Below are positions 1 to 6,643 of a DNA stretch of 14,582 nucleotides, in pieces; within the stretch, counting starts at the first letter, position 1; each line of letters opens with the position of its first letter. This DNA is from Candidatus Fraserbacteria bacterium (GTDB lineage: Bacteria; Bipolaricaulota; Bipolaricaulia; RBG-16-55-9): contig JBBIPG010000058.1 of NCBI GenBank assembly GCA_037442925.1, forward strand, positions 1-14,582, written 5' to 3'. Position numbers and translations under genes: made by a program. The notes under the pieces were generated by a model, which was given only the letters and a program-made list of their open reading frames with translations, had not been told where the DNA came from and searched no databases.

Positions 1-2
1 TG

Positions 3-803
3 CATCTCTTTATCGGCTCCGAGGGGACGCTGGGCGTATTCACGGAGATCACACTGAAGCTCGTCGGCCTGCCGCGAGAAGTCTCTGCTGCCACGGCGTC
101 TTTCCCTGAGATCTCACAAGCGACGAAGACCGTCGTGGAGATCATGCAGGCAGGCTTATCACCAGCAGCTTTGGAACTTATGGATTCCATCACCGTGCGG
201 GACATCAACGCGTTCAAGGGTCTCTCCTTGCCTGAGCTACCGACCCTCTTTCTGGAGTTCCGTGGCAATGGCCCAGAGGTCACGGAAGATGTGAAGCTGG
301 CTCAAGAGATCTGCAGGACCAACGGCTGCCAAGCCTACCAGATCGCGATGGGACGAGAAGAGCGCGACCGGCTCTGGGAGGCGCGGCATCACGCATTCTA
401 TGCCTCGGCGGCTGCCAATCCCGGCAAGCGCGCGATTGTGGTGGATGTAGCCGTCCCGATCAGCCAGTTTCCGGAAATGGTCGAAGTCGCACGACGCGAG
501 CTGGCAAAGCAAAACCTGAATGGCCCGATTCTCGGACATGCCGGGGATGGGAACTTTCACGTGGGGATCTTCTACGATGACACACCCGAAAGCAAAGCCA
601 AAGCGAATGCTGTAAACGACGCCATCGTCTTCCGTGCGATTGAGTTAGGGGGAACGGCTACAGGAGAGCATGGCGTAGGGATTGGCAAGATTCACTTTAT
701 GGAAGCCGAGCATGGCAAGAGTTATAAGCTGATGAAACAGATCAAGAGGCTGCTCGATCCAAACGGCATCCTGAATCCGGGAAAGATCTTTGAGAATTCT
801 TAG
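3..803 (+). CDS. FAD-linked oxidase, GlcD / D-lactate dehydrogenase family (5'-truncated by the window edge)
   Basis: The frame is open from base 3 (HLFIGSEGTLGVFTEITLKL...), upstream of the listed 135 start. It carries the family motifs GSEGTLG, GHAGDGNFH, GEHGVGIGK and DPNGILNPGK. Stop TAG at 801-803. Confidence 0.93.
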   Translation, partial: HLFIGSEGTLGVFTEITLKLVGLPREVSAATASFPEISQATKTVVEIMQAGLSPAALELMDSITVRDINAFKGLSLPELPTLFLEFRGNGPEVTEDVKLAQEICRTNGCQAYQIAMGREERDRLWEARHHAFYASAAANPGKRAIVVDVAVPISQFPEMVEVARRELAKQNLNGPILGHAGDGNFHVGIFYDDTPESKAKANAVNDAIVFRAIELGGTATGEHGVGIGKIHFMEAEHGKSYKLMKQIKRLLDPNGILNPGKIFENS

Positions 804-839
804 TATATTTAGTATGTGTTTCTAGTTCTTACCCCCCCC

Positions 840-868
840 TTGACATGTTATCAAAGATATGCTAGGAT
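840..868 (+). promoter_or_regulatory. sigma70-type promoter for the riboswitch-1/lipoprotein unit
   Basis: TTGACA (840-845), 17-nt spacer, TAGGAT (863-868), with extended -10 TG at 860-861. AT-rich sequence lies upstream. The predicted start near 875 is just before the riboswitch. Confidence 0.8.
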
Positions 869-878
869 ACACATCGAA

Positions 879-974
879 GGACCCGAAAAGGCAAACTCAG
901 CGAAAGCTGGGGGCGCAAAGCCACGGGCCTAAGGTGAACAGGGGGTACACGATGGCCGCCAGGCTGCCGAAGGC
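879..974 (+). ncRNA. c-di-GMP-I (GEMM-I) riboswitch aptamer, copy 1
   Basis: GGCAAA-CTCAGC-GAAA-GCTGGG-GGCGCAAAGCC...GGCCTAAG...GATGGCC...GGCTGCCG. P2 is 896-901/906-911 with a GAAA tetraloop. A tetraloop receptor-like CCTAAG/ATGG lies in P3. Ligand-contact equivalents are G20=890, A47=917 and C92=967. P1 is short (882-885/968-973 with an AA bulge). Confidence 0.93.
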
Positions 975-1061
975 AAAAAGAAAGACTCACAACCAGAGCC
1001 ATCACCACTCCCTTCGCTGTGGGCCCTTGTGCTGGGCGCAAAACTGTAAGGAGGGACTCTC

Positions 1062-3647
1062 ATGAACGCGCTGCGTCTGGGTGGATTGGCAGGACTTCTC
1101 TGGGTAGTGGGCATCCTCACAGGATGTTCCCTCTTCTCTTCGAACGATGAGGTAGTCCAGAACGATCTTGCACTGATGGACAGTTCCTCGTGGTTGATCG
1201 CGGCACAGGGCCAAGGAGGCCCTCCAAACTGTGTGAAGGATCTCGCTCCTGGCCAAGCCAAGAAGCTGGCGGAGAAGGCCCTCAAGGACAGACAGGAGAT
1301 CCAATTACTCAAGCAGGCTCTCGAACGCCGGGGCAAGAAGCTGGTGCTGAGTAGAGCCCACGGCTGCAAGGTGAAGAACAAGGCTAGCAGCCAGGGACTC
1401 AGCGCTCAGCAAGAGACGACCACGGAGGCCACTCTGGTGGAAGTGCCTGCCGGCTCGGATGCGGCTCTGTATTTGCTGGAGAAGGAGACGGTAGAGGAAG
1501 GCAATTACTGGGCCTCGCTCAGGGAACCAGGAGACGGCGGCGAGACGCTGGTCCACCTTGAAGTGGGCCTAGGAAGCGATACCGGGGTGCAAGGGTTGAG
1601 CACAGAGCCTGGAGAGGCGAAGCTGTTCCTCCCCGATGATCTGGGCACACAAGAGGTGGCCTCAGATCTCGAACAGCTGCTCGCAGAATCCGCCACCACG
1701 AGCGCGGGTCTGAGGGCTCTGCAGATGGATGCATTAGACTGGGCCAATGCGGAGGTGGTTGTGGATAAGACTTCTGTGATAGTCCAGGCCGATGGAGCGG
1801 AGGAGATGGAGGCGTTAGTGGTCGTGCCCCCGGTGGATTCGGCGACTCAACAGCTGTGGGGGAGGACTAGGCCCTTGATTGATGTAGAGCGAGCCACACA
1901 CGTGAAGGTAACGGTGAGGAGGACGCCGCCGTCGCCGAGCAACCCGCGACCCAAGCTGCAGGTGGTCAGACCCACTCCGGAGCGGCCAGTGGTGCAGCCG
2001 GTGGTGAAGAAGGGGATTGACCTGAAGCCGGCGTTCCAGTACTGTCCGTATCCATACTATGGCAAGCTGAGCTCGTTCCAGAAGGTGCTGTGCCAGGACT
2101 CTTGGCAGCAGTGGTATAAGAAGCAATGGGATAAGAAGCTGGTCTATGAGCGAATCTTACGGGCTACTAAGGCTGTCGCCCAGGATGCTTACGATGTCAC
2201 CTACGCTTGGGATCGGAAGAGAGGGATCGACCTGATCGCTGCAGGCTTCAAAGGTCTGAGCTTATCACAGCTTCAGACGATGTTGGATCTTGCTGTCGCG
2301 AAGGTTCAAGACACCCAACCACAACTACCTACCGAGATTTTACAACGATGGGAGCAAGCTAGCTCTTTGATCAACACGATCACACCTGCTGAGTTTGGGG
2401 GTTGGTTCGATGCTTTGAGTCAGGCCACTGAGCAAGGGCGATTTGACGAAGAGTATAGCCGCTTGCTGTCCCAAGGGCTCGAACGATTGCAGAATGCCCT
2501 GTTAATTCTAATGAATTCACAAGATGCACAAAGGGCCAAGGACCTTCTCTACAAAGCGGCTCAGGTCTGGGCGAGACTTGCTCAGATTTCTTCGGAAGTT
2601 AGCGAAGAGATCAAACAGCGCATGCGGGATGTGCAAGTTCGCTTGGAGAGCAATTTCTTGCTCCTCATAGCTGCCTGTGACCTTGTACCGTTCATATGCA
2701 GCGCTCTTCCAATCGCTGGTATTGATGACCCCTTAAGCTTGATTCAACGCTTGATTGGCAATTGGGATACAATGATTCGAGTAGGCCACAGTGAAAAACT
2801 CTCCGATCAGGATCTACTAAAGTTCTCGATAGCCCTACATGTGATCGTCGCCTCGTTTGCTATACATTTCGATTTATTTATCCCTACCCCTTCGAACATC
2901 GCTCGCCTGATTGAGGTAGTCATATATACCAAAGACTTAGCCAACTTTCTGGATTGGATGACATCACCATACATTCAAGACAGGACGGTCCGTGATCGGC
3001 TGGAGCAAGGCTTTGGTACAATCGTGGCAGCGGGCAACTCGGTTTTGCAGGGAGGATGGGAATACAAGGGCCTCAGATTGGATCAAGATGGCTCGTACAC
3101 CCAACAAGGCCTCGGGGATTGGTGGGGAGCCGTCTTACTCTTGCCTAAGGAGAAAAACCCTATGGGGCGCAGCATCGTTGCTGTTTCGCGTGGAGACCAT
3201 TGTGTCGACTGCGGGACCAAGGCGGACGAGATCTCCAGGTGGGTTGGCAGAGCTGTGGAACTCGCACCCTCCGTTCAAAAGGATAACAATGCCGATCTAG
3301 GCGTCGTGACCTTCGCCTTTACCAACCCCAATGCTGATGTAGCTTCAGTCCTGCAGCGTCTAAAACAAGATCATCAGAATAGCAATATCCCCGTCATCGT
3401 TGCTTGGATAGAAAACGGCCAAGTGCGGTATGAGTGTATCAGCCAAGGGTGCTCCAACCTCAGCTGGCAAGAGCAGGAGCGAATCGCTTGCAACCAGCTC
3501 GGCCTAGCTGCTGGCTGCGCTGGCCCTCCCCAAGAACCTCAAACATCCACTACCAGTCCTCCACCAGCCGGTACGCCAATCACGGTTGGGTCACCTCCCC
3601 CTCCTGATCCTAGTAGCTTTTGCCAGGGGAAGATCTGTATCATCTGA
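1062..3647 (+). CDS. Large putative lipoprotein of unknown function (861 aa), Cys-rich, with a Pro/Thr-rich C-terminal tail
   Basis: Strong SD AAGGAGGG at 1048-1055. A hydrophobic signal ends in lipobox LTG-C22 (Cys codon 1125-1127). Long uninterrupted ORF ending in tandem TGA TGA. No family recognised with confidence. Confidence 0.85.
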   Translation: MNALRLGGLAGLLWVVGILTGCSLFSSNDEVVQNDLALMDSSSWLIAAQGQGGPPNCVKDLAPGQAKKLAEKALKDRQEIQLLKQALERRGKKLVLSRAHGCKVKNKASSQGLSAQQETTTEATLVEVPAGSDAALYLLEKETVEEGNYWASLREPGDGGETLVHLEVGLGSDTGVQGLSTEPGEAKLFLPDDLGTQEVASDLEQLLAESATTSAGLRALQMDALDWANAEVVVDKTSVIVQADGAEEMEALVVVPPVDSATQQLWGRTRPLIDVERATHVKVTVRRTPPSPSNPRPKLQVVRPTPERPVVQPVVKKGIDLKPAFQYCPYPYYGKLSSFQKVLCQDSWQQWYKKQWDKKLVYERILRATKAVAQDAYDVTYAWDRKRGIDLIAAGFKGLSLSQLQTMLDLAVAKVQDTQPQLPTEILQRWEQASSLINTITPAEFGGWFDALSQATEQGRFDEEYSRLLSQGLERLQNALLILMNSQDAQRAKDLLYKAAQVWARLAQISSEVSEEIKQRMRDVQVRLESNFLLLIAACDLVPFICSALPIAGIDDPLSLIQRLIGNWDTMIRVGHSEKLSDQDLLKFSIALHVIVASFAIHFDLFIPTPSNIARLIEVVIYTKDLANFLDWMTSPYIQDRTVRDRLEQGFGTIVAAGNSVLQGGWEYKGLRLDQDGSYTQQGLGDWWGAVLLLPKEKNPMGRSIVAVSRGDHCVDCGTKADEISRWVGRAVELAPSVQKDNNADLGVVTFAFTNPNADVASVLQRLKQDHQNSNIPVIVAWIENGQVRYECISQGCSNLSWQEQERIACNQLGLAAGCAGPPQEPQTSTTSPPPAGTPITVGSPPPPDPSSFCQGKICII

Positions 3648-3675
3648 TGAAGATCCAGAACGCAAAGGCTGAAGG

Positions 3676-4740
3676 ATGGATCATATGAGGAAAATGCTAG
3701 GGATGGTAACGATTCTAACTGCAACGCTGGTTGCAGCTAGCGGAGGGTCACTGAAATGGCAGGAGAGTGTACTGTCGCAACCTGCATTCATCATAGAAGT
3801 GAGCTGCCCAGATCCAGAGGGCTGCTTCTCCCTTCTTGCTGAGGCCATTGAGCAAGCTCCCGCGGGAGCTACCCTGCGGATTGCCCCCGGCACTTACTAC
3901 GAAAGACCCCTCAAGATTGAGAAGAGTCTCAGGCTGGAGGGACTCCAAGCAGAGATTGGGGGCAACCCCAGGATTGTCCTTGTGGAGGTGGGCACGGCCG
4001 TTCTGATCCAGGCAAGCGACTCAATCACTGTGGCGTTAGAGCGCGTCTCCATTGAAGCCCTCGCTCAAAACCCCTTCAGTGGGGAAGAGAGCACAGCGCT
4101 CGAGGTGTTTATTAGGACGTCGAACAATGTACAGATCGCCTTGAAGGAAGTCAGTATCCGAAGCCATCAAGGGGTGATTATGGCGGGTGATCAGCCAGGG
4201 GCATTGGTCGTAGAGCTCATGGATACGAACATCCTTGCTAGCAGAGGGGGGATCAGTATGGGGTTAGGGCGTCTGATCCTGCGGGGGAGCACCTTGCGCG
4301 GCCCCGACCCTATCTTCGCTGCTTTTTCGCCCCCCCTTTACGGGGTCTATCTACAATCCATCCCTTCCCAACAGATTGAGGCTGTTTTGACCAAGAGTCT
4401 CATCGAAGGTTTTAGCGTTGGCCTATGGGCAATCGCCAGCAGTCACTTGGGGCAGGGGAGGGTATCCCTGCAAGCGGCAGAGAACGTGATCGCCTCCAAT
4501 CGCCAAGATGGTCTTTATCTCCTTGGGGATCGAGTGGACGCGGAGCTAAGCCGAAACGAAATTCGCGATAACGGTGGATATGGAATCCGGTTAGCTCTAC
4601 CAGATTGCACAAGCGTGCCACGTGAACTGCGATTTCAAGGAGTTGTACAGGGAGCTGAGAACGAATTCTTCAATAATACATCAGGGAATCTTTGTCCACC
4701 GGCTTTCCCCTGGCCAACGGGCTTCATCAAGAATCCCTAA
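3676..4740 (+). CDS. Secreted right-handed parallel beta-helix (pectin-lyase-like / NosD-like) protein
   Basis: Signal peptide MRKMLGMVTILTATLVAA (alternative start ATG 3685). Typical beta-helix cap LAEAIEQAPAGATLRIAPGTYYERPLKIEKSLRLEG. Beta-helix-type repeats ENVIASNRQDGLYL and NEIRDNGGYGIRL. Cys pairs near both ends. Confidence 0.85.
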   Translation: MDHMRKMLGMVTILTATLVAASGGSLKWQESVLSQPAFIIEVSCPDPEGCFSLLAEAIEQAPAGATLRIAPGTYYERPLKIEKSLRLEGLQAEIGGNPRIVLVEVGTAVLIQASDSITVALERVSIEALAQNPFSGEESTALEVFIRTSNNVQIALKEVSIRSHQGVIMAGDQPGALVVELMDTNILASRGGISMGLGRLILRGSTLRGPDPIFAAFSPPLYGVYLQSIPSQQIEAVLTKSLIEGFSVGLWAIASSHLGQGRVSLQAAENVIASNRQDGLYLLGDRVDAELSRNEIRDNGGYGIRLALPDCTSVPRELRFQGVVQGAENEFFNNTSGNLCPPAFPWPTGFIKNP

Positions 4741-4987
4741 ATGAAGCCTGAAAAGCTACTGGGCTCTACTCTCACCGTCCTGCTCTCTCTGGCACTCCTA
4801 TCTGTCCCGACGGCCTGGGGTGCGAGATGTGATCGATGAGTTTGTGCCCCAACTGGGAGCGGGCTTACGATGGAGTTTTTCGCTTTCGCGCTCTGTGGAG
4901 TTCTTCAACGAAGTGGAGCTAAACGTGCCTCTAGTCTCCCGCTTCCTGCAGCCTGTGTATGCCGCAGGCTTCACCCTCGGGTTCTAA
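4741..4987 (+). pseudogene. Broken gene for a secreted/outer-membrane beta-barrel-like protein (signal peptide and C-terminal strands in different frames)
   Basis: ATG 4741 directly follows the previous stop and encodes MKPEKLLGSTLTVLLSLALLSVPTAWGA, then stops at 4837-4839. The +1 frame (4820-4987) encodes VRDVIDEFVPQLGAGLRWSFSLSRSVEFFNEVELNVPLVSRFLQPVYAAGFTLGF*, which has alternating amphipathic strands and a terminal Phe. Confidence 0.65.
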
Positions 4988-4993
4988 GATCAT

Positions 4994-6496
4994 TTAATTC
5001 CGCACTGTGACCTCTGCCAAAACCGAAGCGCGCACTCCTCGGGCATCGGTGACCGTCGCCCGGAGAACGTATCTGCCATTGGGAAGCGGCGTTGTGTCCC
5101 AGAGAGCGTTGAACCCGTCTTGATAACTACGATCCACCCCGATCTCGACGAAGTGCTCTCCATCTCGGGAGTACTCGAAGAGAGCGAAACTGAAACTCTG
5201 TAGGTCCGCGAACCCCTGAGCCGCGACACTCAGCGATACCTTTCCCGTGCAGGCGTTGTCCACACAAAGACCGAGCCACCGGACGCTTGCCTCGGCGGAG
5301 CGCGTGATGGGTGGATTGGCCAGTGAGCCCGTCACCCCTGGCATCCCCGCCCGTAGTTGCGCTAGAACCTGCTCCGTGGTACGACACTGACCAGCGAGGA
5401 TGTGCGCCCTGGGCTGCGGCGAGACACCGGAGCCGTTCATCAAGTTCATGGGATCTTCTGAAGCCTCGGATGTGCGATCTTCCTCCGGGTGAGGCAAGCC
5501 TAGATTGTGCCCCAGCTCATGAGCCAGCGTTGAGATCATCTGCTTCGATACGACATCTTCTAGAATCGCACCCCACCTTACGATGGCATAGTTGGGCCAA
5601 CCGCTCTCGCTGAATCCTTCGATGTCTGTGAGCCTCCCTTCCCATAGAGTAAGTATTCTCGCCCCGACGACAAGCACATTGAACGCCTGTGCCGCAGCAG
5701 GCCTTTGCTCTTGAGCGGCCGTCCATAACGTGAAGGTGGCTTGGTGCAAGAGGTTCCCAACAGTCTGTCCGTGGCGGATCACCAGGCCGGAGCTCTCCCG
5801 CTCAAAGAGCCGATCCTTTAAGTTCCCCCCTGAAACGGGTACCTGCTCCGGCTTGACCACCGACACGTTGACTACTTCAAAGCCTAGACCGCATTGATCC
5901 CAGATGCCGGTGAGCTTAGGCAGAACGTTCCTCTCAACAACTTGCACAACCTCAGGGAGAGGTTCACCCAGTATCCCGCTTGGGAAGATGGCCCCCTCGG
6001 CGAGGGCCGTCTCCCCATCATCGAGGATGAAGATGTTCAGTGGAATCTTCTGACTTACGGGAAGGGGAAGCGCCTGTTGGATGTCGAAATCGTAGATCGG
6101 GGGTTGCCCACAGGTGAACGTGAGTTCCGCATGTTGGCTACGTTCGCCGGCGGCATCGAATAGCGTGAGCGCTAGCGTGATCTGCTGCGGGTATGGAGTG
6201 CAGCTCAGCGTGAAGTACATATGGCCTTCGCGAGAAGTCATCGTGGGTGCCGAGACGCGCACCCGGTAGTAACGCCCATCGACAACATCGAAGCGCGCGT
6301 AGAGCACATCCCGATCGGGGTCTTGATAGTCGATCTGTCCAGAAGCTGTGGCTTGAGTTTCGAGGTTTGACGGGAAGTTTACGGAAGTAATGCTCGGTGG
6401 CGCAGCCCAAACCGGCCAAACGAAACTCAATGAGATGAGGCTACCCCAGAGAGCCAGAGTGAGGAGGCCGTAAGTTTGGGTACGTCTTTTCTTCAT
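4994..6496 (-). CDS. Secreted metzincin zinc metalloprotease with an N-terminal beta-rich domain and a C-terminal Ig-like domain (500 aa)
   Basis: Signal peptide MKKRR...VWPVWA/AP. Extended zinc motif HELGHNLGLPH (HExxHxxGxxH, residues 326-336, bases 5521-5489) with a downstream Met-turn (NLMN). The C-terminus WDTTPLPNGRYVLRATVTDARG...VTVRN is typical of bacterial Ig-like (Big) domains. Confidence 0.88.
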   Translation of the reverse strand: MKKRRTQTYGLLTLALWGSLISLSFVWPVWAAPPSITSVNFPSNLETQATASGQIDYQDPDRDVLYARFDVVDGRYYRVRVSAPTMTSREGHMYFTLSCTPYPQQITLALTLFDAAGERSQHAELTFTCGQPPIYDFDIQQALPLPVSQKIPLNIFILDDGETALAEGAIFPSGILGEPLPEVVQVVERNVLPKLTGIWDQCGLGFEVVNVSVVKPEQVPVSGGNLKDRLFERESSGLVIRHGQTVGNLLHQATFTLWTAAQEQRPAAAQAFNVLVVGARILTLWEGRLTDIEGFSESGWPNYAIVRWGAILEDVVSKQMISTLAHELGHNLGLPHPEEDRTSEASEDPMNLMNGSGVSPQPRAHILAGQCRTTEQVLAQLRAGMPGVTGSLANPPITRSAEASVRWLGLCVDNACTGKVSLSVAAQGFADLQSFSFALFEYSRDGEHFVEIGVDRSYQDGFNALWDTTPLPNGRYVLRATVTDARGVRASVLAEVTVRN

Positions 6497-6497
6497 G

Positions 6498-6591
6498 GGT
6501 CCTTCGGCAGCCCAGCCGCCTTAGCGCCTTTACGCTGTAGGCCTGTGGCTTTGCGTCCCCGGATTTCTCCGGGTTTACCCTTATCGGGACC
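6498..6591 (-). ncRNA. c-di-GMP-I (GEMM-I) riboswitch aptamer, copy 2
   Basis: The minus strand reads GGTCCCGATAAGGGTAAA-CCCGGA-GAAA-TCCGGG-GACGCAAAGCCACAGGCCTAC-AGCG-TAAAGG-CGCT-AAGGCGGCTGGGCTGCCGAAGGACC. P2 is a perfect stem with a GAAA loop. G20=6579, A47=6552, C92=6507. P1 is GGTCCCG/CGaaGGACC and ends 1 nt before the ATG at 6496. Confidence 0.93.
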
Positions 6592-6614
6592 GGTTTCATC
6601 TCCTTCAACCTGTT

Positions 6615-6643
6615 ATCATAGTAACAGGGCGCAGAATTGTCAA
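6615..6643 (-). promoter_or_regulatory. sigma70-type promoter for the riboswitch-2/protease unit
   Basis: Minus-strand TTGACA (6643-6638), 17-nt spacer, TATGAT (6620-6615). The predicted start near 6608 is about 17 nt upstream of the aptamer. Confidence 0.82.

Noticed and set aside
859..1065. 68-aa ORF upstream of the lipoprotein
   Set aside because: It starts inside the promoter and runs through the riboswitch and expression platform. It has no SD and no protein-like features.
4985..4996. Intrinsic terminator between the convergent units (also checked at 7630-7651 and after 803)
   Set aside because: No convincing hairpin plus U-tract is visible, and the convergent stop codons are only a few bases apart.
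6441..6599. Possible leader peptide (MKPVPIRV...) translated through riboswitch 2
   Set aside because: The GAAGGAG abuts the ATG with no spacer, so initiation is unlikely. The sequence is explained by RNA structure constraints.
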